A stretch of DNA of 64,000 nucleotides from a virus: IMG/VR virus record IMGVR_UViG_3300046787_000316, positions 64,001-128,000 of that record; one strand, given 5' to 3'. The translations under genes and the position numbers were made by a program. Below, piece by piece: positions 28,901 through 37,902 of this stretch. Numbering within the stretch: position 1 is the stretch's first letter; the number at the start of each line of letters is the position of its first letter. Under the pieces are notes generated by a model that saw only the letters and a list, made by a program, of their open reading frames with translations, made no database searches and was not told the origin of the DNA.

Positions 28901-29679
28901 GTCATTAACCCTGCTTCACCAACCACACTTCCGGTTAACTCATAAGAAGTTAATAACTCCTTTGATTCAACTAAAATATCTTGAATCATATCATAATCAG
29001 AAATATCACCTTCCGATGTTCTGTAAACTTTAATACGTTTAACATCTCCGGCAAATGTATCCAATTTAGAAAGTGTAACATTAGCAAACGATGAAACTAT
29101 ATTTGATTCTATCTTAGAACCGCTTACAATTGTATATATGGGTGAAAGTGTTTCGGAAATACTAGCCGTAGGTCTTTTATAAAAACGTATTTTGGTTGTA
29201 TTTGGTAATTTTGGATTTACCGTTACTTGCTTTTGCCATTTTACATTATAAGTTCCTTGCCAATTTGATGGAACGGGAATTAATACACCGGCATCATTAT
29301 AATAATCACTTAATTCTCCCAATATAGTAATAGTAGCGGGACCAAATGATGTATCCGGGTAAATATGAACAGCTATCACTTTTGATACCCCCTCATAATA
29401 TTCGGTTACAACCGATTCACCCGCTACCGATGAAGAAACTATACCCTCACCTGGTTCGTAGTATATAGTATTACCTTGCGAATCTTTAATTTCAATTTTA
29501 ATTAAGGTATCGGCTACCAATTGTTCTGAACCTTGAATTAAAAATGCGTTCTTTCCACCCGTAAATGTATCGGATAATTCAGTTATTTTAAAATACTTAC
29601 TAAACGGGTCAGTATCCGTTACAAATGTATTATATTTATCTAAATTTTCAGTAAATAGAGTTTTTTGTGTTACAGCCAT
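25912..29679 (-). CDS. Tail fibre/spike protein with C-terminal peptidase S74 intramolecular chaperone
   Basis: Ser/Gly/Thr-rich beta repeats; C-terminal SDERLKTDI...LNPKSFLW...YGFIAQDIQKYFPELV followed by a coiled coil. Confidence 0.9.
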   Translation of the reverse strand: MAVTQKTLFTENLDKYNTFVTDTDPFSKYFKITELSDTFTGGKNAFLIQGSEQLVADTLIKIEIKDSQGNTIYYEPGEGIVSSSVAGESVVTEYYEGVSKVIAVHIYPDTSFGPATITILGELSDYYNDAGVLIPVPSNWQGTYNVKWQKQVTVNPKLPNTTKIRFYKRPTASISETLSPIYTIVSGSKIESNIVSSFANVTLSKLDTFAGDVKRIKVYRTSEGDISDYDMIQDILVESKELLTSYELTGSVVGEAGLMTSEVLEKLWSYPTLTTQLTSSRVDNGVKLNGSGYFTYSSSLNLSENSVYEFGVDAFYSASNPSNMGIYVSGSNNGEVLVGTLTGIAPTKNLKDSVFQFTLPLAEPTASLYLSQSQSEWHIGNLSLKLTEDTAFSPSEISFVTSMPTVVGNETYNFKFEFYDVNNNYVPVLVTQSALFTGGNNNIGGTLTFISASASASAAELAAVSSSISGTMTVYSSSASGSITTLSGSVSGSITSLSSSVSSSITSLSASVSSSNAIILSSSFAQVKNLANGQYSGSFIGDNVIYSPAIGGQQGYIKELFTVGDNTSSTINLDARTSIRKIYIGTGAFNNTNTGVYLDSNGNFSLKDKLIFDGTSLTVNGTINANAGNFSGNITSTATISGGTISGGTISGGTISIGSGNNIFKATTDGISLGNATFASAPFRVTPAGVLTATNANITGAITATSLTLSGFSLTGNDVGLGNVQNYSAQNQAKVGIEASITIASGGIAMSGGGFIRGGQSDYNTGTGFFLGYSGSNYKFSIGDGSTKGITWDGATLTIGGNAVIGASTIATIASNANAALQPGANITSLANNAGYQDNGSAKTAGSVGGWSIDGSSIKSNNNQTILYNTGIISLTDGSTERIRITKDNLVQSSIATSTSTNVEGADQTLSSTGGTTWNYYGSHSRTRTSGVGYSNQFGISQDALTISVTYQGSSVGQPNSRSGIGTAFSSNVSSIPNYQYSTFVFTASISISLQRFINGGWETVDTQSKQIYYEYINGTMAGAVSTGYSGGVTAAAFGGLNTSYQYRVGTAISWSITSAAIAYTFSSSVPAWSLSVNQYTLPAQTFTINALQLSQKLEIGLNGIQISSAGGLTAIGAAAGAGLAGTFTGDVKVAGSIQAAAFNSTSDERLKTDIREIDSPMVKLSQLNPKSFLWNDATAPLTDKGYSYGFIAQDIQKYFPELVKVVKGSVEYENLLTVEYNAIIALITAAMREMASKVELLEDRVLELEEQIQK
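27722..27763. repeat. 15-bp tandem repeat (ISGGT x3) in tail fibre
   Basis: ccaccactaatagtt twice plus a partial third copy. Confidence 0.85.
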
Positions 29680-29694
29680 CGATTATTCTTTTAG

Positions 29695-29702
29695 ATAAAT
29701 AT
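29695..29702 (-). promoter_or_regulatory. Putative late-promoter motif ATATTTAT
   Basis: 15 nt upstream of the tail fibre start. Confidence 0.5.
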
Positions 29703-29714
29703 TCTTAAAAAAAT

Positions 29715-29775
29715 AAACTAACCATATTTATATATAGAAAACTAATGAATACTTTATAAAACTAAAGAAAACTAA
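29715..29775 (+). repeat. Four AAACTAA direct repeats (putative RHH operator)
   Basis: Copies start at 29715, 29739, 29759 and 29769, immediately upstream of the RHH ORF. Confidence 0.6.
29724..29731 (+). promoter_or_regulatory. Putative ATATTTAT promoter motif for the plus-strand gene
   Basis: Motif appears on the plus strand here, matching gene orientation. Confidence 0.45.
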
Positions 29776-29781
29776 ATAGTT

Positions 29782-29961
29782 ATGAAATACGCAATGTTAC
29801 AGATTAAAAAAGAAACCCACGAACTTCTCAAAGGATATTGCGAAGAACATGGGTTTAAAATGGGAAGTTTAGTTGAAAACTTAATTAAGAAACACGTTGG
29901 TGTTCCCAAGCCTCAATCAAATGTGTTGAAGGTTGATAAGGTTAGAAATCAATCTTACTAA
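29782..29961 (+). CDS. Ribbon-helix-helix (CopG/Arc-like) DNA-binding protein, 59 aa
   Basis: MKYAMLQIKKETHELLKGYCEEHGFKMGSLVENLIKKHV...: strand, helix, G turn, helix; only credible plus-strand gene, below the ORF-track length cutoff. Confidence 0.75.
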   Translation: MKYAMLQIKKETHELLKGYCEEHGFKMGSLVENLIKKHVGVPKPQSNVLKVDKVRNQSY

Positions 29962-32900
29962 ATCCATTCTCTTTTTTAATTTCAATTAATCCATCTACTA
30001 TATCTCGCATTTGTTCTAAGTGAGAAATCATCCAAATGAAATCAAATTGAGTTTTTAAATACTGCATCATCATAAATAAAGATGATAGGTTATCACTATC
30101 TAATGTTCCAAACCCTTCATCAATTACTAAGAAGTTTGGACGAGGTAAGTTACATACATTAATAAGAGCAACTCTAATTGCCAATCCACTTACGAATTTC
30201 TCCATACCACTACACATTTCTAATGGCCATTCCTGGTCATCATAAACTATTTTGGCGTTAATTGATTTACCATCCACATCCATCACAATTCCAAAATCAA
30301 CAACTTGTCCTAAAATATTATTTACTTCATTTTCGATAACCGGCAATGCTTTGGAAATCAACTCATAAGGAATACCATCTCTCTTCACCGCATCTAAATA
30401 ATAGGTGTATAGGCGGTTCTTTTCCTCTAAATCCTTAACTTCTTCCATCTGTAACTTTATCCTCTCTATAAACGAAGATATGGAAGAAATAGAGCCATTC
30501 ACTCCTGCTATCTCTTTAGTGATTTTTTTAATCTCACTTTCTATTTCACCTTTGGTTTTTTGTAATCCTACGATTATGCTATTGATTTGAGTATTACGTT
30601 TGATTGTTTCCTCATTATCGTGATATTTTTGAATATTAGCTTTAATAGTATCTAATTGATGTTGTAATAACTCCTCCTTAGTATCAAACCCACTCATTTC
30701 AGCAACGGCAGTTTGTAACTTAGAACTAACATTAGTTACATCGGATTTCAATCTATTCCACTCAATCCATTGAGATTCTACATCTTTAAGTTTTTCAATT
30801 TTAGAAATTAAATTACCTAAATTAGATTGCAATTCATCCAATTGAATTAACTGATGGCTAACTATATTTTTAGTTTCTTGTGCATCTTTAACAAATACGT
30901 TATCACAACAAAACTTACAATTAGGGTCATACTCATGCTTTTCTAAATGCGAAAGTTTATCTGTATTAGCATCTAATGAAATCTTTAACTTATCAATCAA
31001 ATGAACTGATTGAGTATGCTCCGTATTTAACGTATTATAACTTTCATACACCAAATCAACCGATTCGCCATTAAATTCTTTAATTTCACCAATTCTTTCA
31101 TTTAACGAAATGATTGTATCCTTATATGATTGAATTTTTTCATTCTTATCTTTTTTCTCCGATAATATGTGTAAGATATCTCTACCAATAGAATTCTGTT
31201 GTTTAGTTAAACTATCTAAATCCAAATTACCATCCATAGGAGTAAGTTCTGCACTCAATCCAACAATACGATTGCTTAAATCGGTTACATCTTCATTTCT
31301 GTTTGCTAATGTTTTTTCTAAATCTTTTAAAACCGATTTATATGATTTCAATTCATTAGCTTTAGTAGCTAATTCCGTTGTGAAATCCGTTTTCTTAAAA
31401 TTCTTAATTAAAACACTCACTTCTTTAATATCATCGGTAGCAGTTTCATATAATTTATCAAAGATATTCAATCCCATAAATTGTGCTAACAAATCCTTAC
31501 GTTCTGATTGAGATTTATCAATGAATAATGCGTTATTACCTTGTAGAGATAATGCCGTTAATACAAAATCTTCATATTTACCAACATATTGTTCTATAAT
31601 AGTGTTCGTATCACGTCTTTCTGTTCCATTTAACGATGTTTTGGTATCGCCATCTTGTCTCCAAAATTGTACATCAACTTTAACATTCTTTCCTTTGTTA
31701 ATTGTTTTGGCAGTTCTCTCAATATGATAATCTAACCCATCGATTTGAAAATGTAAATGACAAGAGAAATCCGTTTTACGATTATTTAAAATATTAGCCG
31801 CTTTATAAGCTCTACTGCTCTTATCGTATAAACAAAAAGATACTGCATCAAATAATGATGATTTACCTGCGGCATTTGGTGCAAATAATCCAACCAATCC
31901 ACCTAATTTGGTAAAATCAATTTTATTATCCTCACCATAACTAAACATATTAGAAAACTCAAAACGTATTGGTTTCCATTGTATGTTACGTTGTACATCA
32001 TCTTGTACTATCCTACTATTAATATCTCTATTAATCATTTCCAATCCTTTCAAATCTTCGGGAACTACAAATGGCATCATTCTCTCAACATACTCATTTA
32101 TAAGTGAGTTTTGATAATTGATATCTGAAATATCTTCGAAGTCCAATTTGTTTAATCGGTTTCCCGTTTTAGATTTAGAAAGAGAATCGGTTCTAATAAT
32201 TGTGAAATCATCTACACCATATCTCATTTTAATTTCAGCCATTACTCGTTTAGTATCAGCCGTATCAGTATTAGATAAACGAACTCTTAAACGAGGTTTC
32301 CTTGGCATATTCGTTACAATTGGAACTTTTCCATTATCGATATCCATAGTATAATATCCATAATCATTATCGATATCAACTGCCTCATAACTCATAGTAT
32401 CCAAATCCCAAACTAAGAAACCATGCTTATCTAAAGATTCGCCAAAGTTTTGCTGAACTAATGAACCAGCATAAACTACCTTACATCCTTTTGGAGAAAT
32501 CATTTCTTGTCTTTTATGAATATCACCCAATAGGGCTAAATCATATCCATCAAACATATCGGTTGTAAAGTGTCGAGATGAAACTACATATCCAATATCT
32601 GTCATCGAATTATCAACCGGGCCGTGAAACAATGCAATCTTTTTGTTTCCAAACATTGTATCTGCTTTAGGCCAATTCTCTTTAGTATCGAATATACTGA
32701 ACACCCCGAAGTCTACACCACCAATCGAATATACTTGAGTATCTCTTAGGTAAGTAAAGTTTGGTAAGTTCAATGCTTCAACGATTGGAGTAAGAACATC
32801 CAATCTATCGGAGTTATTCATATTACAATCGTGATTACCCGTAATAAGGATAGTTTCGCATAATTTCGAGCATTCCGTAAATAACCAACTAATCTCTCTC

Positions 32901-33085
32901 ACTAATTCGGGAGAAAGTTCCAACTTAGCATGGGCAATATCACCTGCTAAATAAATGATTGAATCTTCTACTCCTCTTGAACGGATTTCATCAAACATTT
33001 TTTCAAACACTTGTCTATACTCATTATGTCTTTTGACATTCCGAATATGTACGTCTGCAATGTGGTAAATCTTTTTTAAACTCAT
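29942..33085 (-). CDS. Single-chain SbcD-SbcC (Mre11-Rad50; T4 gp47-gp46) nuclease-ATPase fusion
   Basis: HIADVH, AGDIAH, GNHD, LGDIH; Walker A APNAAGKS; coiled coil with CKFC hook; CSGMEK signature; VIDEGFG Walker B. Confidence 0.93.
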   Translation of the reverse strand: MSLKKIYHIADVHIRNVKRHNEYRQVFEKMFDEIRSRGVEDSIIYLAGDIAHAKLELSPELVREISWLFTECSKLCETILITGNHDCNMNNSDRLDVLTPIVEALNLPNFTYLRDTQVYSIGGVDFGVFSIFDTKENWPKADTMFGNKKIALFHGPVDNSMTDIGYVVSSRHFTTDMFDGYDLALLGDIHKRQEMISPKGCKVVYAGSLVQQNFGESLDKHGFLVWDLDTMSYEAVDIDNDYGYYTMDIDNGKVPIVTNMPRKPRLRVRLSNTDTADTKRVMAEIKMRYGVDDFTIIRTDSLSKSKTGNRLNKLDFEDISDINYQNSLINEYVERMMPFVVPEDLKGLEMINRDINSRIVQDDVQRNIQWKPIRFEFSNMFSYGEDNKIDFTKLGGLVGLFAPNAAGKSSLFDAVSFCLYDKSSRAYKAANILNNRKTDFSCHLHFQIDGLDYHIERTAKTINKGKNVKVDVQFWRQDGDTKTSLNGTERRDTNTIIEQYVGKYEDFVLTALSLQGNNALFIDKSQSERKDLLAQFMGLNIFDKLYETATDDIKEVSVLIKNFKKTDFTTELATKANELKSYKSVLKDLEKTLANRNEDVTDLSNRIVGLSAELTPMDGNLDLDSLTKQQNSIGRDILHILSEKKDKNEKIQSYKDTIISLNERIGEIKEFNGESVDLVYESYNTLNTEHTQSVHLIDKLKISLDANTDKLSHLEKHEYDPNCKFCCDNVFVKDAQETKNIVSHQLIQLDELQSNLGNLISKIEKLKDVESQWIEWNRLKSDVTNVSSKLQTAVAEMSGFDTKEELLQHQLDTIKANIQKYHDNEETIKRNTQINSIIVGLQKTKGEIESEIKKITKEIAGVNGSISSISSFIERIKLQMEEVKDLEEKNRLYTYYLDAVKRDGIPYELISKALPVIENEVNNILGQVVDFGIVMDVDGKSINAKIVYDDQEWPLEMCSGMEKFVSGLAIRVALINVCNLPRPNFLVIDEGFGTLDSDNLSSLFMMMQYLKTQFDFIWMISHLEQMRDIVDGLIEIKKENGFSKIDF

Positions 33086-34023
33086 AAATTTTTAATCTTA
33101 TTTAATAATAACTCTTCTGGAGAAAACGTATTTGCTTTCCCCAACTCTTCGTAAAATTTGGAATACCCCATATCAGCCGCATCTTTATCTTTAAGATACA
33201 TCATAGTTACGTTAATTCCTTGTTTACGAAAGTATTCACCTGCTTTAAGTGCTTCGTTAATTGCATCGTTATCTAATGAAATAACAATATCGGTAACTCC
33301 GCTCATAAAGATTTTTTGTACTAATTCTCTTGAAGGAAACTTTCCTAACAATGGAATAGCATTTCTTTTAATTGTAATAGCATCAAAAACTCCTTCACAA
33401 AGTATAATTGGTTCATTCCAATTGATTTGCGATTCCAAACAAATTACATTTTTACTGATTGGTGGATTCTTATACTTCATCTTTTCTTCCGGGTAATAGG
33501 AACGAGAAACAAAATAGTTTAACGAACCATCCGAAGTGTAGGATGGAATAATAACTCTTCTACTATATAATCCTTCTTTACAATATCCAATATTATACTT
33601 AATGATTTCTTTTTTAGTAATGCCCCTCTCATTTAGATAATGGATAGCATGTCTGTATTCGGGATTAAATCCTTTAGGTTCATCGCTAAGAGAAATAAAT
33701 TCTTTTGGAAGTTGGATAAACACCTTTGTATCGGCATCTTCCGTTAATGGGTTGTAATTTGAATCACCATAGATATCTCTAATGATACCTATCGTTTTTC
33801 TATCTACATCTAATTTCTTTAATAACGATGTTAATTTCTTACCACCACTATTACAAGTCCAACAATGCCATTTTTGAGTTTCGGTATTTACTTGGAGCTT
33901 TTGCTTAGCATGATTGCAGAATGGACAGTAAAAAGCTAACTCATTACCCTTCAAAGAAGAGTAACTACCCAACGCATTAGATAGCGTAGATATTACGATA
34001 TTTTTGTCTGTAATTTTCAACAC
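33082..34023 (-). CDS. DNA primase (zinc finger + TOPRIM)
   Basis: CPFCNH...WHCWTC, RVIIP, KYKNP, LCEGVFDA, LDND; GTG start. Confidence 0.9.
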   Translation of the reverse strand: MLKITDKNIVISTLSNALGSYSSLKGNELAFYCPFCNHAKQKLQVNTETQKWHCWTCNSGGKKLTSLLKKLDVDRKTIGIIRDIYGDSNYNPLTEDADTKVFIQLPKEFISLSDEPKGFNPEYRHAIHYLNERGITKKEIIKYNIGYCKEGLYSRRVIIPSYTSDGSLNYFVSRSYYPEEKMKYKNPPISKNVICLESQINWNEPIILCEGVFDAITIKRNAIPLLGKFPSRELVQKIFMSGVTDIVISLDNDAINEALKAGEYFRKQGINVTMMYLKDKDAADMGYSKFYEELGKANTFSPEELLLNKIKNL

Positions 34024-34027
34024 AGAA

Positions 34028-34059
34028 CAAATATACGAATTTTATTTGGTTAATCCAAA
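34028..34059 (-). promoter_or_regulatory. Bacteroidota sigma70-type promoter
   Basis: TTTG-N20-TATATTTG just upstream of primase. Confidence 0.8.
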
Positions 34060-34060
34060 T

Positions 34061-34468
34061 TTATTCGAACCAATTTTCGGGAATATGTTTATCTGCGTAT
34101 TTGAAACCATTCTTATCACACCAATCGGCATAAGATGTTTTAGATGCTTTACTGATTTTATTCTTTGAGTTTGAGAATACAAATCGTATATCCAATTCAG
34201 GGTTATGTTCCCTAACTAATAGATGTTTTTTTCTATCTGCCGCAAGAAACCTTCCTTTAGTTTCTACGAAAATACCATTAGGTAACTTAAAGTCAGGATT
34301 ATAAGTATGTTTAGAAGCAGGTATAACATATACCAATTTTTCGGTTTCATACTCCACTTTAATTCCTTTACTTTCGATTTGAGTTGAAATGTTCTCCTCA
34401 AGACCTGACTTAAACCCATATTTTCTGGCAACCCATCCACTTGATTTTTTTGTAACTTTTTTAGCCAT
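34061..34468 (-). CDS. T7 endonuclease I-like Holliday junction resolvase
   Basis: FKSGLEE, YNPDFKLPNGIFVETKGRF, DRKKHLLV, YADWCDKNGF; start moved to MAKKVTKK (34468) to avoid overlap with the upstream gene. Confidence 0.85.
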   Translation of the reverse strand: MAKKVTKKSSGWVARKYGFKSGLEENISTQIESKGIKVEYETEKLVYVIPASKHTYNPDFKLPNGIFVETKGRFLAADRKKHLLVREHNPELDIRFVFSNSKNKISKASKTSYADWCDKNGFKYADKHIPENWFE

Positions 34469-34472
34469 TAAA

Positions 34473-34679
34473 TTATTTTTTTGTATCTGAATATTTCTTT
34501 TCAGAAATTGAACCACCTCTACCAACTTTGAATTTATCAGCAGTTAAGATTTGGTCATCTGCCTTTTTTAAATCGTTTGTAGTATATGGTGTTTTTGCAT
34601 TATCACCAGCAGTATAGCTGATTTTATCAACACCTAATGATTTTTGTGCTGCTTTGTATAAATCTAAAATCTTTGACAT
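34473..34679 (-). CDS. Hypothetical 68-aa protein
   Basis: ORF preceded by the ATATTTAT motif. Confidence 0.7.
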   Translation of the reverse strand: MSKILDLYKAAQKSLGVDKISYTAGDNAKTPYTTNDLKKADDQILTADKFKVGRGGSISEKKYSDTKK

Positions 34680-34687
34680 AGTTTCTT

Positions 34688-34706
34688 TTGTTTAGTAATA
34701 AATATT
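34688..34706 (-). promoter_or_regulatory. 19-bp element AATATTTATTACTAAACAA containing the late motif
   Basis: Identical to 42977..42995. Confidence 0.6.
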
Positions 34707-34708
34707 AA

Positions 34709-35926
34709 TTATGTATCAAAACGTACAATAAAGTTTATAGGAATATCTGGTTCTGATTTAATAGGTTGTGGTAACTTAGCAACTGCTACTAAATCACAAT
34801 TATCATCATATAATCCAATAGTTGTAATAAATGGTGCCAAGAAAGAACCAACCGTATCTATTGAGCCACTTAAATCATAATGTTCGAATCCTGCAAAAAC
34901 ACTTTCACTAACCGATGATGTATATCTATAATCCAATACCTGCCCATCATCCATTATAGATTTTTTACGAATATATTTAGTAGGTTGCTCACTCCAAACA
35001 CGTCTACTAATCCCATCGGAATCAATAAATGTAGAATACTTACCGCCAACTTGTGTTATAGCCGTTGGATTTTGTGATATATTGAATTCATCTTGATTTG
35101 AAATCAAAAGATATTCATGTTCGTATATAGTTTGAGTTGATTTATAGGTCAAATCCCAATCACCTATTAAATGTGTTTCAACTTCCCTATTAATAGTTAC
35201 CAATCCTTGTTGATAAAATACATTACCTAATTTTATACCATTTGCTTCCGCAGGTAAGAATGGGAAGTTATCAACAATCATTTGTTGAGTTTCCATATCA
35301 AACTTATCTATTCGAATAGCAGTATCGCCTCTATACTCTATATCTCTATATGTAAATTCAATTGTTTGATTTTCAATATCCACAAAAAATAAATTATTAT
35401 CAAGTATAATAGTATATTCATTTTCAACGGTATCTTCGAATCTAAAATTTAATGCCGATGCTGATGGTTCGTTTTCAAGATTAATAATCGTTACAAAGAC
35501 TTGGTCGCGTGGGTCGTATAAGTTACCATAACCATCATCAAAGTAAGTACCAAGCGTACTATCATCAACCAATTGTAGTGATGTTTTCTTTATACCCTCT
35601 CCTACATATTTTAAAGGAATTGATATTACTTTAGCAGAACCACTTAAATATCGTTCTTTAGCTTTAGTTTCCGGAATATATAAATTTGTTTTTACTCCTG
35701 AACGTATAAACGGATTATCTTCTTGCCCATTATAGAATTGAGCTCTTAGTTGACCGAATACCGATTTATATGGTACAATTGAGCCATCGTTTAACGTATT
35801 ATTATTGGATATGTTATCATTGGCATATAATATAGAAATATCAGTAGATGCTTCATTGAAAGCCCACTCCTTATACGCCTTAAATGGACGAACGCTAATA
35901 TCCGATTTTGGAATTCTTTTTAACAT
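34709..35926 (-). CDS. Tail/baseplate structural protein with C-terminal tail-collar (DUF3751-like) half
   Basis: FITTIGLYDDNCDLVAVAKLPQPIKS at C-terminus. Confidence 0.65.
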   Translation of the reverse strand: MLKRIPKSDISVRPFKAYKEWAFNEASTDISILYANDNISNNNTLNDGSIVPYKSVFGQLRAQFYNGQEDNPFIRSGVKTNLYIPETKAKERYLSGSAKVISIPLKYVGEGIKKTSLQLVDDSTLGTYFDDGYGNLYDPRDQVFVTIINLENEPSASALNFRFEDTVENEYTIILDNNLFFVDIENQTIEFTYRDIEYRGDTAIRIDKFDMETQQMIVDNFPFLPAEANGIKLGNVFYQQGLVTINREVETHLIGDWDLTYKSTQTIYEHEYLLISNQDEFNISQNPTAITQVGGKYSTFIDSDGISRRVWSEQPTKYIRKKSIMDDGQVLDYRYTSSVSESVFAGFEHYDLSGSIDTVGSFLAPFITTIGLYDDNCDLVAVAKLPQPIKSEPDIPINFIVRFDT

Positions 35927-35933
35927 ATCCTAT

Positions 35934-35941
35934 ATAAATAT
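35934..35941 (-). promoter_or_regulatory. Putative late-promoter motif ATATTTAT
   Basis: 7 nt upstream of the 35926 start. Confidence 0.5.
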
Positions 35942-35949
35942 CGGTTAAA

Positions 35950-35974
35950 CTAAAAACCCACCAATTAGGTGGGT
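35950..35974 (-). terminator. Intrinsic terminator
   Basis: Minus strand ACCCACC-taatt-GGTGGGT followed by TTTTAGTTT, 24 nt after the stop of 35999..37249. Confidence 0.8.
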
Positions 35975-35998
35975 CTAAAGTTTATTAGTTACTCTCTA

Positions 35999-37249
35999 TT
36001 AAAAATCTAACTTTACTTTTATTGCTACTTCCTTATCGAATGATTTTTCGATTGGTTTAGATACTTTCGCCACTGCTAATAATTCATTTGCATCATCATA
36101 CAAACCTACCGATGTAATATAAACCTTAGGGTCTTTTTCAAATGTAGATTGAACAAATGCACCAACTGAACCAGTTACGAATGTTGGGTTGTTTGAGAAA
36201 TTGAATTCTCTATTGTTTGCTCTTACAAAATAATGTGAAGTTGAAACATTTTCAGTTCTTCTCATTTGTAAATCGGCTCCACCAGCGATTGCTTTAAGTA
36301 ATGCTACCGAACCTGAATTGTAAGAATAAGTTGAACCACTCAATGCGTTGTTATGGTAAACATCTTTTTGAGAACCATTAGCTGCTGCTAATTTAGTATC
36401 AACTGCTGCATATAATGCGTTTGGATTTAATAAGATAACTCCCATATCTGGATAGAATAATCCAAATCCTTGTCCGTTTGATGCGGTTGGAGATGCGATT
36501 GTTCCTTCGTTTGCGCTACCAATATTTAATGCTCCACTAACTACATTGAATACTCTACCACTTGCACCAACTGCTTCGGTTTGACCCGAATCATCGATTA
36601 AAGTAATAGTACCCAATGAACCAGAAAGTGTAAGTTGGAAGTTACCTGGGTCTAATTGTTCTTTATATCTCGCTCTGTTGATGTTGATTGCGTAGAATGA
36701 TGTTAAATCGTGTCCTGCGGCAGTTGAGCCGGTATATACACTAAAATTAGTATCAGCTGCATCTAACAACATATTACGGAATTGAGAATAAACTGCTTTA
36801 GTTTGAACCCCTGAATTATCACTTTGAGTGTAAGTAGGTGCACCATATCCATTTATATCTCCGTATGCCAATGAGAACTGAACTTCAGCTGCATCCGATG
36901 ATGGTGTTAGGTTATACACATCTAAGTAATATTTACCACTCACATCTGCTAATTGCGTAGATGAAGTGAAAAATGAACTTAATGAACCTGTATCACCACT
37001 CCAAATACCCGAAGTTACGATTTCTGTTCTGTTAGTTACTTTATCGATGGCGCCAAATTTCTTATAAATACCATTTGTAACGGTAGTTATATCTGAACTG
37101 ATTTGCTCACCTTGTCCTAAAAATTGGTTTACGATATTCACCAATTCGGTTGTATCGACAGGAGTTCCAGCAGTATTTGCCGCTGAAGCTAAGTATTGTG
37201 ATAAATTACTTGCTAAAAGTGCTCCTCTATTATCTCTTATTAATGCCAT
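35999..37249 (-). CDS. Tail/baseplate structural protein with C-terminal tail-collar (DUF3751-like) half
   Basis: YITSVGLYDDANELLAVAKVSKPIEK; HYFVRA/EFNFSNNPT echoes HEYLL/EFNISQNPT in 34709..35926. Confidence 0.65.
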   Translation of the reverse strand: MALIRDNRGALLASNLSQYLASAANTAGTPVDTTELVNIVNQFLGQGEQISSDITTVTNGIYKKFGAIDKVTNRTEIVTSGIWSGDTGSLSSFFTSSTQLADVSGKYYLDVYNLTPSSDAAEVQFSLAYGDINGYGAPTYTQSDNSGVQTKAVYSQFRNMLLDAADTNFSVYTGSTAAGHDLTSFYAININRARYKEQLDPGNFQLTLSGSLGTITLIDDSGQTEAVGASGRVFNVVSGALNIGSANEGTIASPTASNGQGFGLFYPDMGVILLNPNALYAAVDTKLAAANGSQKDVYHNNALSGSTYSYNSGSVALLKAIAGGADLQMRRTENVSTSHYFVRANNREFNFSNNPTFVTGSVGAFVQSTFEKDPKVYITSVGLYDDANELLAVAKVSKPIEKSFDKEVAIKVKLDF

Positions 37250-37257
37250 AGTTTAAA

Positions 37258-37881
37258 TTATTGAACGTATGTTACGGTTACCGGAATTGTTTGTGAACCA
37301 CCCGTTTCATTACCATACACAGTTATAGTTGTTCTGATAGATGAAGTTAATGATGGGTTTGGAATAAATTTGAATGTCAATCCTTTTGCAACAGCTGCAG
37401 TTGCAGAAACATCATCACCAATAAATACTGGCACTGTCCCTACATCAGAAGTTACACCTTCTCCAATAATATCTCCTGCGTTTTTATTAGATAATACGAT
37501 TGTATATCCTAAACGTCTGTTTCCGGCTGGAGATGTCGTTGGTGATAAAGATACTTCACCACTATTTTGATTAACTGCTACATTTGGAATACCAAATTCT
37601 ACAACCGGAATACGAGTTGTATTTTTAGGTAATGTTACCAATTTGTATTTCATTACTTGTGTTTCATCAGGCGATGCTTCTAAAACCGGCATATTTTTAA
37701 TAGCCGCATCATAGTAAGCTGACCCCAATGGATGAGCTGGTTCATATAGAGAGTAGTCAATCTCATCATCTGCTAATGCAAATTGAGTAATGTTTAACCC
37801 TTGCCCAGCTGCTAATTTCTCTCTACCCTTTTTAGTAAGAATAGCATCTACTGTTAATTCAGTATTACTTAAATATCCCAT
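37258..37881 (-). CDS. Structural protein with N-terminal tail-collar (DUF3751-like) half
   Basis: AILTKKGREKLAAG...ITQFALADDEIDY. Confidence 0.6.
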   Translation of the reverse strand: MGYLSNTELTVDAILTKKGREKLAAGQGLNITQFALADDEIDYSLYEPAHPLGSAYYDAAIKNMPVLEASPDETQVMKYKLVTLPKNTTRIPVVEFGIPNVAVNQNSGEVSLSPTTSPAGNRRLGYTIVLSNKNAGDIIGEGVTSDVGTVPVFIGDDVSATAAVAKGLTFKFIPNPSLTSSIRTTITVYGNETGGSQTIPVTVTYVQ

Positions 37882-37902
37882 AGTATTGTATTATCTTTGT
37901 TT

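Noticed and set aside
27722-29775. CRISPR or DGR-like repeats
   Set aside because: Repeats are short in-frame coding units or 7-bp boxes without spacers; no cas or reverse transcriptase genes and no adenine-variable repeat pair seen
34469-34525. Longer N-terminus (MVEVVQ...) of the endonuclease in the track
   Set aside because: Overlaps the upstream 68-aa gene; MAKKVTKK at 34468 gives normal spacing
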